Origin: an uncultured PS1 clade bacterium
GTDB lineage: Bacteria > Pseudomonadota > Alphaproteobacteria > MED-G09
DNA: 64,000 bases
NCBI GenBank assembly: GCA_902608415.1
Contig: CACLNZ010000004.1
Location: 2,394-66,393, forward strand
Reading direction: 5' to 3'
The position numbers and the translations under genes are program-made. This document shows positions 36,883 to 45,786 of this stretch, one piece after another. Below the pieces are notes generated by a model. The model did no database searches. It had not been told where the DNA came from and was given only the letters and a program-made list of their open reading frames with translations. Positions within the stretch are counted from its first letter, which is position 1, and each line of letters opens with the position of its first letter.

Positions 36883-38091
36883 TTGACCCAATTTAAGATA
36901 TCTGATTACGAAACAATTAAAAATGCAATGGTTAATAGAGATCTTAAGCAAGCCCTTTACGATGAAGGAAAAGTTATTATGGATGGGGTTCTTTTAACTC
37001 TTCATGGAGAAGAGCATCACAAAAGAAGAAAATTAGAGCATAAAGTTTTTCAAAGAGACTATTTCAAATATTACGAGCAGGAACTTTTTCCAAAAACATT
37101 AGATGAAACAATAGAACCATTTATAAAATCAAAAAAAGCAGATTTAATAGACTTTGGTTATAGAATAACAATGAACCTAACCGCTGATTTTGCAGGAATT
37201 GATAGAACACAAAAAACGCCTAGTGAAACCAATAAACTTTTAACTCTTGTAAAAAAATTTAGCGAAGGAGCAACATTAGTACATTCGAAAAGAGATAAAA
37301 GTATTGTAGAAAAAGAAGTTTTAGATGCTTTAGATATTTTTGAAATAGATTTTCTAAAACCTTCTATTAAAAAAAGACTGAAATTAATTTCTGCATATAA
37401 TAATGCCGAAATAGAAAAAGATCAGCTTCCTAGGGATGTACTCACTGTTCTCTTAATGAATGAAGATGATATAAATCTAGATGATGATATTATAAAAAAA
37501 GAAATTGCATTCTATCTTCAGGCTGGTTCACACAGTACAGCTAACTCAATGACGCATGCATTTCATGAAATTTCGAACTGGATTAACAATGACAGACAAA
37601 AGTTTAATAAAATAAAAAATGACCCTATCTTTCTTCAAAAATGTGTTCATGAAAGTATGAGGCTACATCCTGCAAGCCCTGTAGCTTGGAGAAAATCAAC
37701 ATGTCCAGTTAAAATAGAAAAAAATACTCATTTAAAAGAAGATGATCTTCTTGTTATGGATTTGTATACAGCAAATCGTGATGTTGGGATATTTGGAGAA
37801 GACGCCAATTCCTTTAATCCTGATAGAGAGCTAAAATCTCAACAAAATCTATGGGGTCTAACTTTTGGTATAGGTCTTCATATGTGTTTTGGAAGAGATT
37901 TAGATGGCGGTGTTTCTCCAAATCAAGAAACAGACCCATCAAAACATCAGTATGGTGTTGTAACATTATTGATAAAAAAGCTTTTTGAGCATAATGTTCA
38001 AAGGGATCCTAAAAATAAACCAGAAAGAGATATAAAAACAGAAAGGCCTAATTGGGGAAAATACCCTGTAATATTTGGAGAAAAAAAATGA
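36883..38091 (+). CDS. Cytochrome P450, paralog 2
   Basis: 402 aa, TTG start. 'HESMRLHP', 'FGIGLHMCFGRDL', I-helix 'LQAGSHSTANS'. Colinear with paralog 1. Confidence 0.9.
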   Translation: MTQFKISDYETIKNAMVNRDLKQALYDEGKVIMDGVLLTLHGEEHHKRRKLEHKVFQRDYFKYYEQELFPKTLDETIEPFIKSKKADLIDFGYRITMNLTADFAGIDRTQKTPSETNKLLTLVKKFSEGATLVHSKRDKSIVEKEVLDALDIFEIDFLKPSIKKRLKLISAYNNAEIEKDQLPRDVLTVLLMNEDDINLDDDIIKKEIAFYLQAGSHSTANSMTHAFHEISNWINNDRQKFNKIKNDPIFLQKCVHESMRLHPASPVAWRKSTCPVKIEKNTHLKEDDLLVMDLYTANRDVGIFGEDANSFNPDRELKSQQNLWGLTFGIGLHMCFGRDLDGGVSPNQETDPSKHQYGVVTLLIKKLFEHNVQRDPKNKPERDIKTERPNWGKYPVIFGEKK

Positions 38092-38828
38092 AAAATGCAA
38101 TCGTTACCGGGGCAAGCAACGGAATTGGGTTAGAGATTTCTAAAAAACTTAGTGAAAATGATTACCATGTTGGAATGATAGATGTTGATAAAGAAAATCT
38201 ATTTAAAGAAAGTGAAAATATCAACAATAGTGTTGCCATTGAAGGGGATGTAACTAACGAAGACTCGATAAAAAAAGCATTGGATATATTTAATAAAACA
38301 CCTGATTTAATTGTTAATAATGCTGGTATAGTTATTTTTGGTGGACTGGAAGAACAAAGTATTGAAGATTTTAAAAAGAGTGTAGATGTTAGCCTTATAG
38401 GATCTTACTTAGTTTCACGACTAGCAATAACTTCAATGATAAAAAAGAACTCGGGTTGTATTATCAATATGTCATCAATAAATGGTGTGCACCCTGGTCC
38501 GGGTACTGGTGGCTACCCTCCAGCAAAAGCAGGGATTGTTTCATTAACTCAGCAAATGTCTATTGAATGGGGTCCCTATGGGATTAGAACAAACTCAATA
38601 GCGCCAGGTTTTATTGATGCAGGAATGTCTAAACCAATATATGCAGTAAATAAAGTTAGAGAATTAAGGGGTAATGCTGTTCCTATAAAAAAGCTTGGTG
38701 AAGCTGAAGATATAGCTAATGCCGTTCTTTTTCTTGCCTCAGATAATGCATCCTATATCAATGGACATAATCTAGTAGTTGATGGAGGTGTAATTAATAG
38801 TGTTTTAGGTCAGCTACCAAGGGATTGA
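38088..38828 (+). CDS. Short-chain dehydrogenase/reductase (SDR)
   Basis: 'VTGASNGIGLEI', 'NNAG', 'YPPAKAG'. ATG 38088 overlaps the P450 stop (ATGA); the track start at 38052 lies inside the P450 gene. Confidence 0.85.
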   Translation: MKNAIVTGASNGIGLEISKKLSENDYHVGMIDVDKENLFKESENINNSVAIEGDVTNEDSIKKALDIFNKTPDLIVNNAGIVIFGGLEEQSIEDFKKSVDVSLIGSYLVSRLAITSMIKKNSGCIINMSSINGVHPGPGTGGYPPAKAGIVSLTQQMSIEWGPYGIRTNSIAPGFIDAGMSKPIYAVNKVRELRGNAVPIKKLGEAEDIANAVLFLASDNASYINGHNLVVDGGVINSVLGQLPRD

Positions 38829-39508
38829 TGAAAAAAAATTTAATAGTAACTGGTGGAATATTTCATCCTTTTGAAGAAACCTCTAATTCATTATCTAATA
38901 TTCTTTCTGAAATGGATTATGTATCTGAAATAACTACAGATGTAGAAAAAGGATTTAGCAACCTAAATAATTATGACCTTCTAACGATGAATTTTTTAAG
39001 ATGGCGAATGTTGAATCATGAAAAATACATTCCCTACCTTGATGAGTGGCAATTTAGTTTATCAAAAAAAGGTCAAGAACATTTAAAAAAATTTTTAAAA
39101 AATGGAGGTTCAATAATTGCTTTTCATACATCGTCAATTTGCTTTGATGATTGGCCTGATTATAAAAAAGTTATTGGAGGTAAATGGGTTTGGGATAAAA
39201 CCTATCATCCACCTCAAGGAGTAGTTGAAATATCACCTATTAATGGTCATGAAATTTCAGAAAATATAGACCACTTTAAAATTAATGATGAAATTTATCA
39301 TCACTTAGAGCTTGAAAACTCATCAGAACCATTTCTCAAGGGTTTAACAAAAGAAACTAATGAAGAGCACATAATTGGATGGACATATCAATTTGAAAAA
39401 GGGAAAGTTGTATATAACGCTTTAGGTCATGACAGTGAATCATTAGAAAATGAAAACTTTGTAAAAATAATTAAACAATCTATAAATTGGCTCGAGGATA
39501 AGGAATAG
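38828..39508 (+). CDS. ThuA-like (class-I glutamine-amidotransferase-fold) protein
   Basis: 'VTGGIFHPFEE', 'GGSIIAFHTSS', 'DEIYHHLE' and 'ALGHD' match my recollection of ThuA-domain proteins. Its ATG overlaps the SDR stop (TGATG). Confidence 0.6.
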   Translation: MKKNLIVTGGIFHPFEETSNSLSNILSEMDYVSEITTDVEKGFSNLNNYDLLTMNFLRWRMLNHEKYIPYLDEWQFSLSKKGQEHLKKFLKNGGSIIAFHTSSICFDDWPDYKKVIGGKWVWDKTYHPPQGVVEISPINGHEISENIDHFKINDEIYHHLELENSSEPFLKGLTKETNEEHIIGWTYQFEKGKVVYNALGHDSESLENENFVKIIKQSINWLEDKE

Positions 39509-40269
39509 TGGATAATCTAGATAAGAAATCAATACTAGTAACTGGTGGCGCTACTGGACTGGGATTTTCTATGGCCAAAAGATTTTCAGAAAAAGGTGCT
39601 TTTGTAACAATTTGTGGAAGAAGAAAAGAAAAAATAGATGAAGCAATAAGTAATTTAAAAGTTAATACAATCGGAATTGTTGCTGATGTCACTAATGAAG
39701 AAGATAGAGATAGAATTATTAATCAAACTATAGAGCATGGCGGAAAAATTGATGTACTTATTAATAATGCAGGGAACATGTATCGAGGTAATATTGATGA
39801 ACTTGAAGAAAACAAACTAATTGAAATTTTTAACTCAAATGTAATTTCTGGTATGTTGCTTTTAGGTAAAGCTAAACAATATTTAAAGGAAACTGAGGGA
39901 GTAAATATTTTCATTGGCTCTGTTCATAATCGAAGAGCTTTCCCTGGAGCTTCGCCATATGCCGCAACAAAAGGAGCTTTAGAAACTCTTACAAGAGTAT
40001 TGGCTGCTGAGTTAGGAAAAGACAAAATAAGGGTAAATTGTGTGGTGCCTGGGGCGATTTTTACAGAAATTAACCAAAGAGCTGGTTTATTTGATGATGA
40101 TCAAGCAAAAAAACGTCTTGATTCAATGGCAAAAATACATGCATTAGGGGAAATTGGAACTCCAGAAGATATATCGGAAGCAGTTGAGTATTTAATTAAC
40201 GCCCGATGGACAACAGGAGCAATACTTGATGTGGATGGGGGTTTAGGATTGGGCCTTACAGAAGATTGA
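39508..40269 (+). CDS. Short-chain dehydrogenase/reductase (SDR)
   Basis: GTG start overlapping the previous stop. 'VTGGATGLGFSMA', 'NNAG', 'YAATKGA'. Confidence 0.85.
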   Translation: MDNLDKKSILVTGGATGLGFSMAKRFSEKGAFVTICGRRKEKIDEAISNLKVNTIGIVADVTNEEDRDRIINQTIEHGGKIDVLINNAGNMYRGNIDELEENKLIEIFNSNVISGMLLLGKAKQYLKETEGVNIFIGSVHNRRAFPGASPYAATKGALETLTRVLAAELGKDKIRVNCVVPGAIFTEINQRAGLFDDDQAKKRLDSMAKIHALGEIGTPEDISEAVEYLINARWTTGAILDVDGGLGLGLTED

Positions 40270-41061
40270 CTATATTGGAAGACTAGAAATACCTCCATCA
40301 ACTGCAATTGATTGACCAGTTATATAGCTAGCTTTTTCAGAGGATAGAAATGCAACTAAAGCCGCAAGTTCTTCAGCTTGACCAACTCTTTTTGCAGGAA
40401 TATCACTTGCAATAGACTTTATGATATCCTCACGTGAAGAGTTTGAATTCTCAACTTGTGCTTTTATAAGTCCATCAACTCTTTCTGTATGAGTAAAGCC
40501 AGGACATACATTATTAATCAAGATATTATCAGGAGCTACCTGATTAGATAATGTCTTTGCCCATCCATGAATAGACATTCTCACTCCATTGGATAGCATA
40601 AGATTGTCTATAGGTTGTTTTGCTGATACTGAACTTATATTAATTATTCTTCCCCATTTATTTTTTTTCATAAAAGGTAAAACTTTTCTAGTAACTCGAA
40701 CTGCAGATAAGAAAGTTGACTCAAATGTTTTTAACCAATCGTCATCAGAAAGATCATCAAAAAAACCTGCTTTTGGACCACCAGTATTATTAACAAGAAT
40801 ATCAACCGTATTAAATTTCTTTTCTATTTCTTTTATTAGATTTTCTATATCATCTGTGCTGTCTAAATCAGCTTTAACTGCTAGAACTTCTGCGCCTGAT
40901 AAATTTTGAATTTCCTCAGCGGTTTGGTTTATTTTATCTTGATCTCTTGAGCAAATGACTAATTTAACCCCCTCATTAGCAAGTTCTATTGCTGAAGCTT
41001 TACCCAAACCCTGACTTGCAGCTGTAACAAGTGCCAATTTATTTTTAATTCCAAGATCCAT
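40270..41061 (-). CDS. Short-chain dehydrogenase/reductase (SDR)
   Basis: 'VTAASQGLGKASA', 'NNTGG', and 'SNGVRMS' in place of the classical Y-x3-K region. Its stop abuts the convergent SDR stop with zero spacer. Confidence 0.8.
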   Translation of the reverse strand: MDLGIKNKLALVTAASQGLGKASAIELANEGVKLVICSRDQDKINQTAEEIQNLSGAEVLAVKADLDSTDDIENLIKEIEKKFNTVDILVNNTGGPKAGFFDDLSDDDWLKTFESTFLSAVRVTRKVLPFMKKNKWGRIINISSVSAKQPIDNLMLSNGVRMSIHGWAKTLSNQVAPDNILINNVCPGFTHTERVDGLIKAQVENSNSSREDIIKSIASDIPAKRVGQAEELAALVAFLSSEKASYITGQSIAVDGGISSLPI

Positions 41062-41141
41062 TCTATCCCCTTAAAATTTAATATGTTATTATACAGATAA
41101 TTTTGATAATTATTTACTTATAATAAATAATTTTAAAGGTT

Positions 41142-43499
41142 TTGAAAATGCTAGAAAAAGGTATGGGTCAGTCTGTTAAGAGAAAAGAGGATTTCCGATT
41201 TATTACTGGAAGAGGAAATTATACTGATGATATTAACCTTCCCCATCAATTATATGCTTACTTCTTAAGATCACCAATAGCACATGCTAAACTTAATTCA
41301 GTAAATATTGAGGAAGCTTTAAAATGTGATGGGGTTAAAGCAATTTATTTTGGAAAAGATACTCAAGCTTTTCTTCCGTGTGGTTGGGAAACCCCTACAA
41401 GAGATGGTACTCCCCCTATGGCAGAACCTCCATGGCCTTTATTTGCTCAAGACAAAATAAGGTTTGTAGGTGAGATCATTGCTGTTGTTATAGCTGATAC
41501 AGTTAACCAAGCAAAAGATGCAAGTGAGTTAATTCAGTATGATTATGAAGAGCTTGGAGCGGTAGTTTCGCCTGAAAAATCATTGGAAATAAGTTCCGAT
41601 TTAATATGGGACAACATACCTAATAATCAATGTTTCGATTGGGAAATTGGTGATAAAGAAATGACAGACAAAGCTTTCAATAGTGCTGCATTTACAGCCT
41701 CAATTGAGCTTTTAAACAATAGACTTGTGCCAAATGCCATGGAGCCAAGATCTTATATTGGATCATATGATAAAGGAAAGGACGAGCATACTCTCTACAC
41801 CACTACACAGCTACCTCATATAATTAGAATGTTAGTTTGCGGTGTTTTAGGATTAGAAGAACAAAAAGTAAGAGTTATTTCACCTGATGTTGGAGGTGGT
41901 TTTGGTTCTAAAGCATTTCACTACGCAGAAGAATCTATAGTAACCTGGGCGTCACAAAAGCTAAATAAACCTATCAAATGGACTGCTGAAAGAAGTGAAG
42001 CCTTTATAAGTGACAGACATGGTAGAGATCATATTACTAATGCAGAAGTTGCAATTGATGATAGTGGAAATTTTATGGCAATGCGTGTCAATACTGTTGC
42101 AGCTCTTGGAGGTTATTTATCTGGATCAGGACCAGCTATTCCAACTTTCTTTTATGGACCATTAATTCCTGGTCCATACAAAACCCCTACTTTTTATTGT
42201 AATGTTCGTGGTGTTTTTACTAATACAGTACCTGTAGACGCGTATAGAGGGGCTGGTAGGCCTGAAGCAACATATGTAACTGAACGTTTGGTAGAAGCTG
42301 CAGCAGAGGTAACTGGTATAGATTCAATAGAATTAAGAAAAAGAAACTTTATACAACCAGATCAATTTCCATATAACTCTCCGGGAACACTAACTTATGA
42401 TAGCGGTGATTATGAAGCAACTCTTGATTCAGCATTAAAAAGCATAAATTATGATGATTTTAATAAAAGAAAAGCTGAATCAAAAACTAATGGTAAATTA
42501 AGAGGATTAGGCATTTCTTGCTATATTGAAGCGTGCGGTGTTGCGCCTTCAAAACTTACTTTAGAAGCAGGTGGCAGGGGTGGATATTATGAGTCTTCAA
42601 CTGTTAGAGTTAACCCTACTGGGTCTGTAACTGTCTTCACTGGCTCACATTCACATGGGCAGGGACATGAGACAGTTTTTGCACAAATCGTTCATGAAAA
42701 ACTTGGTGTAGCTTTTGAGTCGATTGATGTAGTTCATGGCGATACAGGTAGAGTGCCTTTTGGTGTTGGGACTGTTGGTTCACGTTCGCTTGCTGTTGGA
42801 GGTCCTGCATTAATGCGATCAATTGATAAAATAATTGAAAAGGGAAAGAAAATAGCAGCTCATCTTTTAGATGCATCAGTTGAAGAAATAGTTTTTAAAG
42901 ATGGAGAATTCTCAGTATCAGAATCAAACAAATTTGTTGCATTTGCTGATGTTGTTGGAGCAGCATATGTTCCTGGTAACTACCCAATAGAAACCCTTGA
43001 ACCTGGTTTAGAAGAGACATCATTTTATGATCCGCCTAATCTTACTTACCCAGCAGGAGCACATATATGTGAAATAGAAATAGACCCTGAAACAGGTCAA
43101 ATTGATATCAAAAATTATTGTGTATCCGATGATTTTGGTATCGTAATGAATCCTATGATAGTCGAGGGGCAAGTACATGGAGGTGTTGCTCAGGGTATTG
43201 GCCAAGCATTATTTGAAAACTGTATCTATGAAGAGAATACAGCACAATTAATTAATGGATCATTTATGGACTATACAATGCCTAGAGCAGATAATGTCCC
43301 ACATATGATAGTAGAAACCGAGGTAACACCTTGCGCTCATGGATTAGGTGTAAAAGGATGTGGTGAAGCGGGGGCAATTGCTGCTCCGCCAGCTGTTATA
43401 CATGCAATATTGGATGCCCTTAAAGAAAAAGGAGTAACTGAATTCGATATGCCTGCGACACCTAATAAAGTCTGGAACGCAATTAATAATAAAAGCTAA
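41142..43499 (+). CDS. Molybdopterin-binding large subunit of the xanthine dehydrogenase / CO dehydrogenase family (form-II CoxL-like)
   Basis: 785 aa. 'GQSVKRKEDFRFITGRGNYTDD', 'GGGFGSK', active-site loop 'AYRGAGRPEA' (form-II type, not the AYxCSFR of bona fide CODH), 'GCGEAG'. Confidence 0.85.
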   Translation: MKMLEKGMGQSVKRKEDFRFITGRGNYTDDINLPHQLYAYFLRSPIAHAKLNSVNIEEALKCDGVKAIYFGKDTQAFLPCGWETPTRDGTPPMAEPPWPLFAQDKIRFVGEIIAVVIADTVNQAKDASELIQYDYEELGAVVSPEKSLEISSDLIWDNIPNNQCFDWEIGDKEMTDKAFNSAAFTASIELLNNRLVPNAMEPRSYIGSYDKGKDEHTLYTTTQLPHIIRMLVCGVLGLEEQKVRVISPDVGGGFGSKAFHYAEESIVTWASQKLNKPIKWTAERSEAFISDRHGRDHITNAEVAIDDSGNFMAMRVNTVAALGGYLSGSGPAIPTFFYGPLIPGPYKTPTFYCNVRGVFTNTVPVDAYRGAGRPEATYVTERLVEAAAEVTGIDSIELRKRNFIQPDQFPYNSPGTLTYDSGDYEATLDSALKSINYDDFNKRKAESKTNGKLRGLGISCYIEACGVAPSKLTLEAGGRGGYYESSTVRVNPTGSVTVFTGSHSHGQGHETVFAQIVHEKLGVAFESIDVVHGDTGRVPFGVGTVGSRSLAVGGPALMRSIDKIIEKGKKIAAHLLDASVEEIVFKDGEFSVSESNKFVAFADVVGAAYVPGNYPIETLEPGLEETSFYDPPNLTYPAGAHICEIEIDPETGQIDIKNYCVSDDFGIVMNPMIVEGQVHGGVAQGIGQALFENCIYEENTAQLINGSFMDYTMPRADNVPHMIVETEVTPCAHGLGVKGCGEAGAIAAPPAVIHAILDALKEKGVTEFDMPATPNKVWNAINNKS

Positions 43500-43939
43500 G
43501 GTTTAAAAACAACAAGAAATACAATAACTATCATTATTAAAGTTGGCACTTCATTGATAATTCTAAAAAACTTTGAAGAAAATTTATTGCTATCTAAGGC
43601 AAAACTGCGAAGACATTGCCCTAAAAAAATATGAAATAATGTCATTAGAAAGACAAAGAAAAGTTTTATAATTAACCATAATTGAAAACCATTAAAATAA
43701 AAAAGCGTTAATCCTGTTATCCATACTAATGCAACAGCAGGATTCATAATTACTCTATAAAGTTTATTTTCCATAATTTTGAATGTGTTGGTTGTATCTT
43801 CATTTTTTTTGATAAGATCATCACTATGATAAACAAATAATCTTGGTAAATATAATAATCCTGCCATCCAAGCGATGACTGAAATTATATGTGTGGCTTC
43901 GAAAAGAGAATAAATCATATAATTATTCCCAACGCGCAT
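43496..43939 (-). CDS. hemJ: Protoporphyrinogen IX oxidase, HemJ type
   Basis: 'THIISVIAWMAGLLYLPRLFVYH' signature; 4-5 TM. An alternative ATG at 43918 would remove the 17-nt overlap with hemF. Confidence 0.8.
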   Translation of the reverse strand: MRVGNNYMIYSLFEATHIISVIAWMAGLLYLPRLFVYHSDDLIKKNEDTTNTFKIMENKLYRVIMNPAVALVWITGLTLFYFNGFQLWLIIKLFFVFLMTLFHIFLGQCLRSFALDSNKFSSKFFRIINEVPTLIMIVIVFLVVFKP

Positions 43940-44735
43940 CTGGAGGCATAGACATTAGAATTGCATCAGTATTACCGCCGGTTTTAATCCCAAATTGCGT
44001 ACCTCTATCCCATAGGAGATTAAATTCGACATATCTTCCCCTTTTTAATAACTGCTTATTCTTCTCTTCCTCTGTCCAATTGTCATCTTTTCTTTTGTTA
44101 ATAATATGAGGGACTATTTTAAAAAAAGATAACCCAACATCTCTAACAAATGAAAAATCAGTTTCCCAATTATCTGTTGTAAGATGATCAAAAAAAATAC
44201 CGCCTACTCCTCTTTCTTCTCCTCTATGTGGTAAGAAGAAATATTCTGCACAATTTTTTTTAAAGTCAGGGTAGTAATTTTTATTATATTTATCACAAGC
44301 ATCTTTAAGAGAATTATGAAAATCCTCTGTGTCATCATTATAAATGTAAGTAGGAGTCATATCTGCACCCCCACCAAACCAACTCTTCCCGGTAACTATA
44401 AAACGTGTATTAAAATGAAATGCAGGCACAAAAGGAGAGTTCATATGTGCAACAATACTTAATCCGCTAGCCCAATATTCTGGTGAGTCCTTCGTTCCTG
44501 AAACATTACTTCGATAATCATCTTTAAATTCTCCACTTACTGTAGAAATATTCACACCAACTTTTTCAAATATGTTACCTTTCATGAGACTAATTTCACC
44601 ACCACCACTTCCAGAATGATTCCATTTCGTTCTTTCAAAACTTGAACCATCTAATGTTTCGAATTCTTTACAGAACTGATCTCGGAGATTCCTAAACCAT
44701 GAACTTGCTAAATCTTTTTTCTCTTCTATTTCCAA
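43923..44735 (-). CDS. hemF: Oxygen-dependent coproporphyrinogen III oxidase
   Basis: 'GGGADMTP', 'HRGEERGVGGIFFD', 'KRGRYVEFNLLWDRGTQFG'. Confidence 0.92.
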   Translation of the reverse strand: MEIEEKKDLASSWFRNLRDQFCKEFETLDGSSFERTKWNHSGSGGGEISLMKGNIFEKVGVNISTVSGEFKDDYRSNVSGTKDSPEYWASGLSIVAHMNSPFVPAFHFNTRFIVTGKSWFGGGADMTPTYIYNDDTEDFHNSLKDACDKYNKNYYPDFKKNCAEYFFLPHRGEERGVGGIFFDHLTTDNWETDFSFVRDVGLSFFKIVPHIINKRKDDNWTEEEKNKQLLKRGRYVEFNLLWDRGTQFGIKTGGNTDAILMSMPPDARWE

Positions 44736-44748
44736 GATAATTCCTCAG

Positions 44749-45786
44749 TTAGCTAAAAATTTTTCTTATAGTCTCAATAAAGTAATGAACATTTTCCTCA
44801 GGTGTATCTTTTAATATTCCGTGACCTAATCCACAGACCCAACCAGCTCTATCTTTTTCACTTATATTTTGTATATGATCAACATATACATCAAAGTCTT
44901 TTTTAAATTCATCATGGTCCTTAACCATACTTTCTTGATTGAAGTTACCTTGAATAAAGCCGTTATTTATCTCTTTAAACCAATGATCCATAGATAATTG
45001 GTGATCTACACCTAAGCCAGCTAGAAAACAATCATCGCTATTAAGGTCATCAACAAAGAATTTATTATCAAAAGGTGATTTTGAATAATATCCAATTTTT
45101 TTCGGGAATTCTTTAATGATTTCCTCATATAAATACTTAGAATAATTATTAAAATTTTTACTATCGGATATACTTTTAGCATCTGTATCAAAAATCATAA
45201 CTAATTCTGCTCCAGCATTTAATTGAAGTGAAATATTATATTTAATTAGAGGAATAATCTTTTCTGAAAGAACTTTAAAAACAAAACTATTAGAGTAATT
45301 GTTTTCATATTGGATACCTTTATTTAAACCAAGACCATATGATAAAACTGTCCATGGACCACCGACAAAACCAATAAGGCTTTTATGGTCAGGCAATAAA
45401 TCTCTTGTTGCCAATAAAGCATTTTCTTGAAAATTCATTTCCTTAATTGCATTTTCTGGAGATTTTAATTCATCATAATTATTTTCGTCAATAAATTGAC
45501 TAAAGATAGGACCAGGATCATATTTTAATGACATACCTAATGCTTCAAGGACAAATAGAATATCGCTAAATAAAATTGCTACATCAAAATCAAAATCATT
45601 TATTGGACCCAGAGCTGTTTCAGCTGCCAAATCAGGGCTTTTACATAATTCTTCAAAGGTATAGCTTTTTTTTAAATTTTGATAATGGGAGTGATATCTT
45701 CCTGCTTGCCTCATAAACCATATAGGGGGTGTCTTTTGCGGGATATGCTTTAAAGCATTACTAAATCTTTCATTACATATTTTCAT
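44749..45786 (-). CDS. hemE: Uroporphyrinogen decarboxylase
   Basis: 'PPIWFMRQAGRY' signature, 'ILFSDIL', 'GFVGGPWT'. Confidence 0.93.
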   Translation of the reverse strand: MKICNERFSNALKHIPQKTPPIWFMRQAGRYHSHYQNLKKSYTFEELCKSPDLAAETALGPINDFDFDVAILFSDILFVLEALGMSLKYDPGPIFSQFIDENNYDELKSPENAIKEMNFQENALLATRDLLPDHKSLIGFVGGPWTVLSYGLGLNKGIQYENNYSNSFVFKVLSEKIIPLIKYNISLQLNAGAELVMIFDTDAKSISDSKNFNNYSKYLYEEIIKEFPKKIGYYSKSPFDNKFFVDDLNSDDCFLAGLGVDHQLSMDHWFKEINNGFIQGNFNQESMVKDHDEFKKDFDVYVDHIQNISEKDRAGWVCGLGHGILKDTPEENVHYFIETIRKIFS

